Positions 37,752 through 47,390 of a stretch of DNA of 60,134 nt are shown here, piece after piece. The stretch comes from Odoribacter splanchnicus (GTDB lineage: Bacteria > Bacillota > Clostridia > Lachnospirales > Lachnospiraceae). Every line of letters begins with the position of its first letter. The stretch's first letter is position 1. Under the pieces are notes generated by a model. The model saw only the letters and a list, made by a program, of their open reading frames with translations. It was not told where the DNA came from and ran no database searches. A program made the position numbers and the translations under genes. The DNA lies in NCBI GenBank assembly GCA_963623435.1, contig CAVFMG010000001.1, forward strand, positions 1 through 60,134. The letters run 5' to 3'.

Positions 37752-37844
37752 CATTACATCGGACTCCGTAATCCCGCTATCACAAATATTTCCTACAATG
37801 ATAAGGGAGAATCCAATTACCGTTTTGCTGACCTTGCAGAGTAA
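37752..37844 (+). pseudogene. Probable 3' remnant of oppA, in a different frame
   Basis: HYIGLRNPAITNISYNDKGESNYRFADLAE* resembles family-5 SBP C-termini. Confidence 0.5.
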
Positions 37845-37850
37845 ATAGGA

Positions 37851-37910
37851 CCTGTCCCGATATAAGCATAAAGTGGGTTTTATCCCGCTTTCATGCTTAT
37901 ATCGGGCAGG
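37851..37910. other. Long intergenic stem-loop without a T-tail
   Basis: CCTGTCCCGATATAAGCATAAAGTGGG..CCCGCTTTCATGCTTATATCGGGCAGG. Confidence 0.7.
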
Positions 37911-37951
37911 GTGCTATGTATGCAAATATAGAAGAAGGAGAAAAGTTAAAA

Positions 37952-39070
37952 ATGAGTAAAGTAGATTATCTTACAAAACCCGGAATACAGAATATTCCGC
38001 CTTATATTCCCGGAAAAACCTCTGAAAGTGTAAAAGAAAAATATCATCTTGATCATGTTCTTAAGCTGGCGTCCAACGAAAACCAGTATGGCACAGCGCC
38101 CATGGCTGTCGCAGCGATCAAGGAGATGGCAGAGCAGGCGAATATCTATCCGGATCCTTTTTGCAAGGGTCTCAGAACAAAACTCGGACTGCGCTTTGGA
38201 TTTGACGATTCCGGCGATAACGTAATTGTATCTGCCGGTGCGTGCGGTGTACTGGCACTTCTGGGAGAGGTGTTCATCTGCGAGGGTGATGAATATATTA
38301 CCTGTACCCCTACCTTTGATGCATTGAGAGGTGCTGTTAAGAGAAACGGTGGAGTCGTTGTATCCGTTCCGGTGACCGAGGATCAGGTATTTGACCTGGA
38401 TGCCATGGCAGCTAAGGTGACGGACAAGACCAAGATGGTCTATATCTGTAACCCGAACAACCCTACGGGAACGACTGTAGATTCAGCTAAATTAAGAGAA
38501 TTTATCCATAAAATGCCTGACCATGTCATTACGGTTGTGGATGAAGCATATATTGAATTTGCACAGGATCCGGCGGTAGAAAGTATGATTCCCGAAATTG
38601 AGGAAGGTTTAAACCTGATCGTAATTCGTACCTTTTCCAAGATTTACGGTCTCGCAGGAGAGCGTGTAGGCTATACCTTTATGAATAAGGAGCTTCATGG
38701 AATCATGCAGAAGGCTACCAGTGTGTTCGTAGTAGGAAGAACAGCCCTTGCAGGAGCTATGGCGGCACTGGATGACGATGAGTTTATCCGTACGACTGCA
38801 GAAAATATAGCAGAAGGAAGAGCCTATGTGACAGAGGAGCTGGAGAAGCTCGGCTTCAAGGTGTGGCCCTCCAAGGCAAATTTTGTATATGTAGATTCCC
38901 ATCTGGATACGAAGCTTTTGGCAGCGGAGCTGGAGAAAAAGGGTCTGATCATCCGCGGTAATTTCAAATATTCCAGAATCACTATTGGTACGATGGAACA
39001 GAATCGTGAAATGATCCAGATCATAAAACAGGTAGTGGAGGAAGGCACGGTTCCGCCGGTAAATGCCTGA
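37952..39070 (+). CDS. HisC-like PLP aminotransferase (histidinol-phosphate / aromatic)
   Basis: KLASNEN, YPD, CNPNNPTG, VDEAY, RTFSKIYGLAG.RVGY, RITIG. Confidence 0.88.
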   Translation: MSKVDYLTKPGIQNIPPYIPGKTSESVKEKYHLDHVLKLASNENQYGTAPMAVAAIKEMAEQANIYPDPFCKGLRTKLGLRFGFDDSGDNVIVSAGACGVLALLGEVFICEGDEYITCTPTFDALRGAVKRNGGVVVSVPVTEDQVFDLDAMAAKVTDKTKMVYICNPNNPTGTTVDSAKLREFIHKMPDHVITVVDEAYIEFAQDPAVESMIPEIEEGLNLIVIRTFSKIYGLAGERVGYTFMNKELHGIMQKATSVFVVGRTALAGAMAALDDDEFIRTTAENIAEGRAYVTEELEKLGFKVWPSKANFVYVDSHLDTKLLAAELEKKGLIIRGNFKYSRITIGTMEQNREMIQIIKQVVEEGTVPPVNA

Positions 39071-39099
39071 TAATATGCTGTAGATAAGGAGGTATTGGT

Positions 39100-40689
39100 A
39101 TGGTTGGGTTTTCCTGGTTTTTTGGCGGAATGATGGTTCTGTTGGCAATCACCGGAATTTCCATGATGGAATCAGGCTGTGCAAGAGCAAAAAACGCAGC
39201 GAGCATCATGATGGAAGCCATTATAGCTATTACTGTGGCTATTCCCTGTTTCCTGCTGGTCGGAGGCAGAATTGCGGGACTGGATGGAAACAGTGCGGCA
39301 ATGCTGGAGGCAACACTGGCAGCACTTGCATGCAGCATATTGGCAGGAGGAGTTATTGGCAGAATAAAAACGGGAGGATTTTTTATTGTCTGTGCAGCAA
39401 CGGCATTGATTTCCTATCCGCTTTCTGTGCGCGCCTGCCAGATTTTAAAAGATTTTGGATGTTATCAGGATTTTGGAGGCTTTGGAACCGTATTCATGTC
39501 GGGGGCTGTAGCAGCCTATTTTGCATCCAGAGTATTGGGACCGAGAGCAGGGAAGAGCTCGGGTGGTGTTGCAGCCAATGTGGTACCCGGACATAACATT
39601 CCCTTTGCTCTGACAGGAGCACTTCTATTGTGTACCAGTCTCATCGGAATGGCGGGATCAAATGGCTTGCTTGTAGAGATGAATGAAGCTGGCTTGGAGG
39701 GTGCTGCAGAGAACATGGTGATCTGTGGTTCGGCTGCAGGACTTGCAGGAGTTCTGTTCACCTATGTTCGTTATAAAAAACCGGATATTACTATGACAGC
39801 AGGAGCGGTGTCTGCCGGCTTTGTGGCTGCAATTGTCGGTTGCGACAGTGTGCCGTTGGCTGCTATGTGGGTTATCGGTGTCGCTACCGGTTTATGTACT
39901 ATTGTTGGAATTGAGACATTGGAAAGAGGGACCAAAATTGATGATCCTGCAGGAGTTGTAACTATTTTCGGTGCAGGTAGCTTTTTCGGACTGATCGGAA
40001 CCGGTATTTTTAATACACAGACAGGATTAAAAGCGCTTCCGGGTAATCTTCTGGCGATTGTACTGATGCTTGCAATCAACGGAATCGTGATCTGCGTGAC
40101 AGAATGGATCCTGAATAAATGTGGATTTTTGCGCATTTCCATTGAGAAAGAGATGGAAGGGACCGATTTATGCGAATATGGTCTGATGAGCAGCTATTAT
40201 GATTTTCAAATGAATTTGGATACAACGGACTGGACTGATGCATATGTGCATGCAAAATCAGCTGATAAAGAGATAGAAACTGTAAGCAGGGAGCCTTATG
40301 TATATGAACAGGATAAGAATCAGGAGACTCCTCTGACGAAAATCGAAATCATATGCCGTAAGGAAAAGCTGGAGGTACTGAAGACAGCCCTTAATGATAT
40401 CGGAATTATGGGTATGACGGTATCTTCTGTTACCGGCTGCGGTGTTCAGAAGGGATATAATGAGTATTATCGTGGAGTTCCTGTCTCCGTACAGCTGCGG
40501 GCTAAGGTACGCATTGAAGTTGTGGTAGCTAAAATTCCCGTGGAGGAGGTTGTGAACACAGCCAGAAGAGTGCTTTATACCGGACATGTGGGAGACGGTA
40601 AAATATTTATCTATTCGCTCAACGATGTGGTCAGAGTCAGAACCGGTGAAAACGGTTATGCGGCCATGCAGGGAGCATTGTCTGAATAG
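39100..40689 (+). CDS. Divergent ammonium transporter fused to a PII domain
   Basis: ESG..RAKNA, DFGG, LGPR.GK, KPD, IDDP; C-terminal G.G.QKG..YRG, TGHVGDGKIF, RVRTGE. Confidence 0.88.
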   Translation: MVGFSWFFGGMMVLLAITGISMMESGCARAKNAASIMMEAIIAITVAIPCFLLVGGRIAGLDGNSAAMLEATLAALACSILAGGVIGRIKTGGFFIVCAATALISYPLSVRACQILKDFGCYQDFGGFGTVFMSGAVAAYFASRVLGPRAGKSSGGVAANVVPGHNIPFALTGALLLCTSLIGMAGSNGLLVEMNEAGLEGAAENMVICGSAAGLAGVLFTYVRYKKPDITMTAGAVSAGFVAAIVGCDSVPLAAMWVIGVATGLCTIVGIETLERGTKIDDPAGVVTIFGAGSFFGLIGTGIFNTQTGLKALPGNLLAIVLMLAINGIVICVTEWILNKCGFLRISIEKEMEGTDLCEYGLMSSYYDFQMNLDTTDWTDAYVHAKSADKEIETVSREPYVYEQDKNQETPLTKIEIICRKEKLEVLKTALNDIGIMGMTVSSVTGCGVQKGYNEYYRGVPVSVQLRAKVRIEVVVAKIPVEEVVNTARRVLYTGHVGDGKIFIYSLNDVVRVRTGENGYAAMQGALSE

Positions 40690-40704
40690 AAGGAGGTAGT
40701 TTGG

Positions 40705-41694
40705 ATGTACCGGGTAATTGATTTACACTGTGATACCATACCTAATATGTATTCGGATTTCAGGGAAGGGAAGGAAACTTCCCTTCTTTCGAATCACGGG
40801 AAAATTGACTTGAACCGGATGAAAGAGGGAGGATATGTTTGCCAGTGTTTTTCCCTTTTTACCCATCTGGGTGCACTGAAAAAAAGAGGAGAGTCACCCT
40901 TTACGCATGTATCGGCGCTGGCTGATTTCTGGAAAGCACAGATAGCGGAGTATCCTGAGATCATAGGTCAGGTGACAACTGCGGAAGACATTGAAGAGAA
41001 CGTAAGGACTGGAAAGCTTTCCTCCATGATGACAGTAGAAGAGGGCGGAGTATATGAGGGCAAACTGGAAAATCTGTATACGCTATATGACAAGGGCGTC
41101 AGAATGTCCACCCTGACATGGAATTTTGCGAATGAACTGGGTTATCCTAATCCGGCAATCGCACCGGGAAGCCCACGAATTCCGGATATGACCAATGGGC
41201 TTACGGATACCGGGAAGAGCTTTGTGGAGGAAATGGAGAGAATCGGTATCCTGATTGATGTTTCTCATTTAAATGATGCCGGCATACAGGATATTTTCGA
41301 GCTTACGCATGGTCCTGTGATAGCGAGCCACTCCAACGCACGCGCACTTTGTTCACATCTGAGGAATCTATCGGATACTAACATCCGCAAGATCGGAGAG
41401 CGGGGCGGTGTTATCGGCATCAATTATCTTGTGGGCTTCCTGGAGGATGGCGGAAAAATTGGCCGGATTGAAAAAATGGTCGAGCACATGCAATATATTA
41501 AAAATCTTGCGGGAATCGATGCAATAGCACTGGGAAGTGACTTCGATGGCTTCGGAGAGCCCTGCGAGCTGTCCGGCGCCGAGAAAATGCAGCTGCTTGC
41601 CGCAGAGATGGAACGTCAAGGATTTTCCTCCTCGGAAATCGACAAGGTATTTTCTTTAAATGCTTTGAGGGTATTTCGGTCGGTGCTGTCCTGA
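40705..41694 (+). CDS. Membrane dipeptidase family (peptidase M19)
   Basis: DLHCDT, TLTWN, GLT..G, IDVSH, ASHSN, RNL.D, GSDFDG. Confidence 0.92.
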   Translation: MYRVIDLHCDTIPNMYSDFREGKETSLLSNHGKIDLNRMKEGGYVCQCFSLFTHLGALKKRGESPFTHVSALADFWKAQIAEYPEIIGQVTTAEDIEENVRTGKLSSMMTVEEGGVYEGKLENLYTLYDKGVRMSTLTWNFANELGYPNPAIAPGSPRIPDMTNGLTDTGKSFVEEMERIGILIDVSHLNDAGIQDIFELTHGPVIASHSNARALCSHLRNLSDTNIRKIGERGGVIGINYLVGFLEDGGKIGRIEKMVEHMQYIKNLAGIDAIALGSDFDGFGEPCELSGAEKMQLLAAEMERQGFSSSEIDKVFSLNALRVFRSVLS

Positions 41695-41806
41695 GGAAAC
41701 TTAAGTATCATAAGACGCTAATATTAGAGTAGTCATTTTCGAAAAGATATGCTAAAATAGCAGTTGCAGGCGCATTTCGCGCAGGCAGCTGCTATTTAAA
41801 TTTATA

Positions 41807-41913
41807 GTAACTATTCAGAACCCCATTCGCCATATAAATCATATCAAATGTTCTTACGAATGCAAGCATTCGACGTACATATTGACATGATTTACACGGC
41901 TCTGAATAGTTAC
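41807..41913. repeat. Palindromic REP/MITE-like element copy B
   Basis: Same 13-bp terminal inverted repeats and GAATGCAAGCATTC apex as copy A; 26 bp identical at the left end. Confidence 0.8.
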
Positions 41914-41962
41914 AATTTATAAACAATTGAAGATGCCAATGGCATCAGTGAGGTAGATAGAT

Positions 41963-43417
41963 ATGATAAAAGTAATCGGTGTAAGATTTCGTACAGCGGG
42001 CAAAGTATATTTCTTCGATCCGCTGCAGCTGGAGATAAAGAGAGGCGACCACGTGATCGTGGAGACCGCCAGAGGCATAGAGTTCGGCACGGTCGTAGCG
42101 GGAGTGCATGAGGTAGAGGATGACAAGGTGATCCAACCCCTGAAGCCCGTAATGCGGATTGCCGGAGAGAGAGATATCGAGCAGGAGGCTGCCAACAAGG
42201 AAAAGGAGAAGGAAGCCTTCAAGATCTGTAAGGAAAAGATCTTAAAGCACGGTCTGGATATGAAGCTGATCGATGCGGAGTATACCTTTGATAACAATAA
42301 GGTACTGTTCTATTTTACGGCGGATGGACGTATCGACTTCCGTGAACTGGTAAAGGATCTGGCAAGTGTGTTCAAGACCCGTATTGAGCTGCGCCAGATC
42401 GGCGTCCGTGATGAGACTAAGATCCGCGGCGGCATCGGTATCTGCGGACGACCTTTGTGCTGCCACAGCTATCTGTCGGATTTCGTTCCGGTATCCATCA
42501 AGATGGCGAAGGAGCAGAACCTGTCCCTGAATCCCACGAAGATTTCCGGTGTCTGCGGCAGACTGATGTGCTGTCTGAAAAATGAGGAAGACACTTACGA
42601 GGAACTGAATCGCAAGCTGCCCGGTGTGGGAGACTTTGTCCAGACAGCAGACGGACTCCACGGCGAAGTACAGAGCGTTAACGTACTGCGCCAGCTGGTC
42701 AAGGTGCTGGTAGAAGTCGGCGACGAGAAGGAACTGAAGGAGTACGAGGCAGATACTTTACAGTTCAAGAGACGCCGCGGCAAAAAGGGCGGACAGGAAT
42801 TGTCCAAAGAAGAGTTGAAAGAACTGGAGAAGTTAGAACAGGTCGAGGAAAAGGAAGAGACGGAAGAGCGCGCAGAGAAGCGTACGGAGCAGCGCCCAGA
42901 ACGTCCGGACCGCAGAGAACAGAGAGCCGAAGGCGAGAATCGTGGCGGTGATAACCGGAGCGGAGAAAACCGTGGGGAAAACCGCAGACGTGACGGACGC
43001 AGAGACGATAACCACAGAAATAATAACCGTGGTGAAAATAATCGTGGCGGCGAGAATCGCAATGAAAATCGCAGCGAGAATCGGAACAATGAGAATCGCG
43101 GCGATAACCGCAGAGACAATAACCGCAGAGACAATAAACGTGACAATCGTGGTGGTGACAACGGCAACCGTAATGAGAACCGCAGGGATAACAACCGTGG
43201 CGACAGACACCGTGAGAACCGTCTCCAGAACCGCCAGGAGCAGGTAAGAGAGAACGGCAATGCTCAGGGTGCAGAGCAGTCCGGCAATCAGGGACAGGCA
43301 CAGAGAGACAATTCCTTCCGCAGAAGACCGAGACACAGCGGCAGTAGAGACGAAAATAACGCAAATAATGGCAATAACGGTAACGGAAGAAATCCGGAGA
43401 ACACGAATGAAGGTTGA
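41963..43417 (+). CDS. yaaT: YaaT/RicT (PSP1) family protein with a long low-complexity tail
   Basis: RIDFRELVKDLA, GICGRPLCC, KISGVCGRLMCCL; R/N/D/G-rich C-terminus. Confidence 0.93.
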   Translation: MIKVIGVRFRTAGKVYFFDPLQLEIKRGDHVIVETARGIEFGTVVAGVHEVEDDKVIQPLKPVMRIAGERDIEQEAANKEKEKEAFKICKEKILKHGLDMKLIDAEYTFDNNKVLFYFTADGRIDFRELVKDLASVFKTRIELRQIGVRDETKIRGGIGICGRPLCCHSYLSDFVPVSIKMAKEQNLSLNPTKISGVCGRLMCCLKNEEDTYEELNRKLPGVGDFVQTADGLHGEVQSVNVLRQLVKVLVEVGDEKELKEYEADTLQFKRRRGKKGGQELSKEELKELEKLEQVEEKEETEERAEKRTEQRPERPDRREQRAEGENRGGDNRSGENRGENRRRDGRRDDNHRNNNRGENNRGGENRNENRSENRNNENRGDNRRDNNRRDNKRDNRGGDNGNRNENRRDNNRGDRHRENRLQNRQEQVRENGNAQGAEQSGNQGQAQRDNSFRRRPRHSGSRDENNANNGNNGNGRNPENTNEG

Positions 43418-44144
43418 ACTGAAGGAAAAAGAACGAATAGATGACCTTCAGCGGAACGGTTATCAGATCATACAGAATCCGGAGAAATTTTGTTTCGGTA
43501 TGGATGCGGTGCTTCTGACAGGATTTGCCCATGCCAGAGAGAAAGATATTTTACTGGATCTGGGAACAGGCACCGGGATCATCCCGCTCCTGATGGAAGC
43601 AAAATATCATCCTGCGCACCTCACCGGTCTGGAGATCCAGGAGGAGAGCGCGGATATGGCGAGGCGCAGTGTGGCGTTGAACGATTTACAGGTACGCATT
43701 GACATCGTGACAGGAGACATTAAGGAAGCAGACCAGATATTCCCGGCTGCTTCCTTTGACTGTATTACCTGTAATCCTCCCTACATGATCGGACAGCATG
43801 GATTGACGAACCTGGAGGAACCGAAAGCAATCGCCAGACACGAAGTGCTCTGTACGTTGGAGGATGTGGTCAACAGGACGGCAAAGCTGTTAAAGCCCGG
43901 CGGACATTTTTACATGGTACACCGTCCGTTCCGTTTGGCGGAGATCATAACCATGCTGGTAAAATACAAGCTGGAACCGAAGCGGATGCAGCTGGTGTAT
44001 CCGTATATTGATAAAGAGCCGAATATGGTACTCATAGAGGCGGTCAGAGGTGGAAAATCCCGCATGACAGTGGAGAAACCGCTGATCGTATATCAGGCGC
44101 CCGGCGTATATATGCCGGAGATCTATGACATATACGGATATTAA
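43407..44144 (+). CDS. tRNA1(Val) adenine(37)-N6 methyltransferase (YabB-like)
   Basis: FCFGMDAVLL, DLGTGTG, CNPPY, ARHE. Confidence 0.88.
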   Translation: MKVELKEKERIDDLQRNGYQIIQNPEKFCFGMDAVLLTGFAHAREKDILLDLGTGTGIIPLLMEAKYHPAHLTGLEIQEESADMARRSVALNDLQVRIDIVTGDIKEADQIFPAASFDCITCNPPYMIGQHGLTNLEEPKAIARHEVLCTLEDVVNRTAKLLKPGGHFYMVHRPFRLAEIITMLVKYKLEPKRMQLVYPYIDKEPNMVLIEAVRGGKSRMTVEKPLIVYQAPGVYMPEIYDIYGY

Positions 44145-44227
44145 AAAGGGAAGCCTTGAGAGATGGCTTTGTAATGAGGCTTTGACAGATATCTGTGGAT
44201 TACGATTTGGAGAGGAGGCAGGAGCTC

Positions 44228-45073
44228 ATGCCCGGAACTTTATATTTATGTGCCACGCCCATCGGAAATCTGGGGGACATGACACCGCGTGTGGTGGAGA
44301 CCCTGCAGACAGTAGATGTGATCGCGGCGGAGGATACCCGCAACAGTATCAAACTGCTGAATCATTTTGATATTCACACCCCCATGACCAGCTACCATGA
44401 ATACAATAAAATAGAAAAAGCACACCAGCTGGTGGGACAATTATTAAACGGTCAGAACATCGCCCTGATCACCGATGCCGGAACCCCGGCAATTTCCGAT
44501 CCCGGCGAAGTATTGGTGCAGATGTGCCAGAAGCAGAATGTTCCCGTAACCTCTCTGCCCGGTCCGGCAGCCTGCATTACAGCGCTGACCTTGTCCGGAC
44601 TCAGCACCAGAAGATTTTGCTTCGAAGGGTTTCTGCCTGCGGATAAAAAGGAAAAGAAAGCGATTCTGGAAGAACTGAAAACCGAGAGCCGCACCATGAT
44701 TCTCTACGAAGCACCCCATCATCTGATCCGGACGCTGGAGGAACTGTATGCGACACTGGGAGAGCGGCGGATCACGTTGTGCAGAGAGCTGACCAAAAAG
44801 TTCGAGACGGTATTTCCCACGACGCTGGAAAAAGCACTGGAATACTATAAGACAGAGGAACCCCGCGGAGAATATGTACTGGTAGTGGAAGGGAAAAGCC
44901 CGGAAGAGAAGCGACAGGAAGAAATCGCATCCTGGGAATCCATGACCATCGAAGAACATATGGCCTATTATGAAGAGCAGGGAATGGACAACAAATCTGC
45001 CATGAAGCAGGTAGCAAAAGACAGAGGTGTCGGAAAACGGGAGATCTATCAATACCTGCATGGTAACTCCTGA
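44228..45073 (+). CDS. rsmI: 16S rRNA C1402 2'-O-methyltransferase
   Basis: ATPIGNL, AAEDTR, DAGTPAISDPG, RELTK. Confidence 0.95.
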   Translation: MPGTLYLCATPIGNLGDMTPRVVETLQTVDVIAAEDTRNSIKLLNHFDIHTPMTSYHEYNKIEKAHQLVGQLLNGQNIALITDAGTPAISDPGEVLVQMCQKQNVPVTSLPGPAACITALTLSGLSTRRFCFEGFLPADKKEKKAILEELKTESRTMILYEAPHHLIRTLEELYATLGERRITLCRELTKKFETVFPTTLEKALEYYKTEEPRGEYVLVVEGKSPEEKRQEEIASWESMTIEEHMAYYEEQGMDNKSAMKQVAKDRGVGKREIYQYLHGNS

Positions 45074-45173
45074 AACAGTGAAAATACAGGAATAAAACCG
45101 TATAAGGGCAGGTAATAGCATAGGAGGAGCTCGCAGGATATACCTGTAGGATCCTATGCAGAAAAGAGGCAAA

Positions 45174-45347
45174 ATGACGAATTGTGACGCATGTGTCAAC
45201 TATGAATATGATGAAGATTATGAATGCTACAGCTGTATGGTGAATCTGGATGAGGACGAAATGTACCGCTTTTTATCCGGAACGCAGCAGGAATGTCCCT
45301 ATTTCCGTTTGGATGACGAATACGCAGTGGTAAGACATCAGATGTAA
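45174..45347 (+). CDS. Small Cys-rich protein (DUF6472-like)
   Basis: CDAC..YDED..C..LDEDE..CPY..DEY..VR.Q. Confidence 0.65.
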   Translation: MTNCDACVNYEYDEDYECYSCMVNLDEDEMYRFLSGTQQECPYFRLDDEYAVVRHQM

Positions 45348-45547
45348 GGGTAAAATTCACGAAAGCAATGCAAAAAAGTCTACAGAAATGGTAGAGAATG
45401 CTGATTGTGAAAGCAAAATCAGCGTAGTATAATACGGAGTTGCGTGCTGCGAAAGTAGTATGCAGCTTCTTTTGTTTGCGGGAAAATTCATCGTTATAAA
45501 ACGAAAGAAGTGTAATACTAAAGCTAACAGGTAAAGGTGAAAATAGT

Positions 45548-45961
45548 ATGAAGTATGTAAAACAACTTTCCATTATTTTAGGAATCTCTTTTCTGGCGGA
45601 ACTGTTGGAGATTCTGATTCCGCTTCCGATTGCGGCCAGCGTCTACGGGCTGATCATTATGCTGGTGGGACTGATCACGAAGCTGATTCCTCTGGAAAAG
45701 GTGGAGACCGCGGCGGATTTTCTTGTGGATGCTATGTCCATCATGTTCGTGCCCGCGACCGTAGGCATTATGGCGAGTGTGGATGCATTAAAGGAGATGC
45801 TGCTTCCGATCTGCGTGATCACGGTGGTGTCCACGGTACTGATCATGATCGTGACAGGCCGGGTATCCCAGCATATTATCAGAGGACAGAAAACCAAAAG
45901 TGCCGCAGCCGCTGCGGTGGCCGGGAATGAAGCAGTTACGGATGACAAGGAGGAAAGATAA
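45548..45961 (+). CDS. CidA/LrgA family protein
   Basis: PIAASVYGL, MFVPATVG; paired with an lrgB-like gene. Confidence 0.88.
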   Translation: MKYVKQLSIILGISFLAELLEILIPLPIAASVYGLIIMLVGLITKLIPLEKVETAADFLVDAMSIMFVPATVGIMASVDALKEMLLPICVITVVSTVLIMIVTGRVSQHIIRGQKTKSAAAAAVAGNEAVTDDKEER

Positions 45962-46654
45962 ATGAATGAAATATTGAGCCAGTCTATCTTTTTCGGTATT
46001 GCCATTACACTGGTCACTTATGAAATCGGTCTGTGGATCAAACAGAAGACCGGAAAAGCCATCGCCAATCCTCTTCTGATCTCTGTGATCCTGATCGTGG
46101 CAGTATTGTTACTTTTCCATATAGACTATGATACCTATGCGAACGGTGCGCAGTATATCAGTATTTTCCTGACGCCGGCTACGGTCAGTCTGGCAGTGCC
46201 TCTGTACCGCCAGTTAGAGCTGTTAAAGACTTACCCCAAGGCGATTTTCGGTGGCATCATTGCCGGAGTGCTGACTGCCATGGTAAGCATTTTCGCCCTG
46301 AGCCTGATGTTCGGTCTGAATCATGAGCAGTATGTGACACTTCTGCCCAAGTCCATTACCACCGCCATCGGTATGGGGATTTCCGAGAAAATGGGCGGTA
46401 TCGTGACGATTACGGTAGTTGTTATCATTGTGACAGGAATCCTGGGTAACATTCTGGCGGAAACGATCTGCCGTCTGTGTAAGATCGAGGATCCCATAGC
46501 CAAAGGTCTGGCTATCGGTACCAGCGCGCATGCACTGGGAACCGCGAAAGCCATGGAACTGGGTGAAATCGAAGGCGCCATGAGCAGCCTGTCCATCGTG
46601 GTCTGCGGTATTTTGACCGTGATTTCCGTATCCATTTTTGCCAATTTTATTTAA
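45962..46654 (+). CDS. LrgB/CidB family protein
   Basis: NPLL, PATVSLAVPLY, PKSITTAI, GTSAHALGT. Confidence 0.92.
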   Translation: MNEILSQSIFFGIAITLVTYEIGLWIKQKTGKAIANPLLISVILIVAVLLLFHIDYDTYANGAQYISIFLTPATVSLAVPLYRQLELLKTYPKAIFGGIIAGVLTAMVSIFALSLMFGLNHEQYVTLLPKSITTAIGMGISEKMGGIVTITVVVIIVTGILGNILAETICRLCKIEDPIAKGLAIGTSAHALGTAKAMELGEIEGAMSSLSIVVCGILTVISVSIFANFI

Positions 46655-47096
46655 TTTCCACACCTCTGTGTTCCACGGAAGTAGAGAAAACGATCAGCGT
46701 TTTGGTTCGCCCAAAGCGCTGAAGTTCGTTTATGAACTGATCCAGTTCATTTGTACTGTGGAACATACCTTCCAACAGCATGGAATAATCCCCGGTCACA
46801 CAATTACATTCAATAACATTCCGACAATTCTGAATATAAGGATAGAATTCTTTTTTATCTACAGGCGCTACTTCCAGATTGATAAAAGCCCGGATATGAT
46901 AGCCGAGAGCTACGGGATCCACTTCTGCATGATACCCCCGGATATAACCCAGATGCTCCAGATTGTTGATCCTGGCGGAGACGGCAGGGGAGGAGAGAAA
47001 TACTTCCGCGGCAATCTCTTTTAGCGGTGTGCGGGCATTGGTCTGTAACCTCCTTAAAATCTTTCGGTCAATATCATCAATTTCATATGTTTTCAT
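46647..47096 (-). CDS. Lrp/AsnC family regulator
   Basis: DDIDRKIL..LQ.NAR..IA..V.LS.PAV..RI..LE..G.I.GY, VTGDY. Confidence 0.92.
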   Translation of the reverse strand: MKTYEIDDIDRKILRRLQTNARTPLKEIAAEVFLSSPAVSARINNLEHLGYIRGYHAEVDPVALGYHIRAFINLEVAPVDKKEFYPYIQNCRNVIECNCVTGDYSMLLEGMFHSTNELDQFINELQRFGRTKTLIVFSTSVEHRGVEIK

Positions 47097-47390
47097 AAGA
47101 TAACCTCCTGAAAAAATGGTATATGCGATATAACACACATATTGTAAAATATGATAAAACACAATGCTTCAGAATAAATGGATATCGAACTTAATATTAT
47201 TAATCAAAATAAGCCAAAAATATTTAAAAATCAAGTTTTTTGCAAAAGAAAATAAAATCACAAAGCATTTTGAAAATAATATTGACGAAAAAAAGTAAAA
47301 AGAATATGTTTCACTTGTGTGTTGCAACACTACCAAAAAATTTATGACACTACAGGACAACTTCATCGAAGGAAAGGATTTGGTAGAAAA

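Noticed and set aside
37213..37848. 211-aa OppD as an intact ATPase
   Set aside because: Lacks Walker B, D-loop and H-loop; the last ~30 aa are out-of-frame read-through
42595..43532. Long antisense ORFs over the yaaT tail (and similar ones at 1230-1631 and 52268-52700)
   Set aside because: Shadows of low-complexity or repeat coding sequence on the other strand or frame
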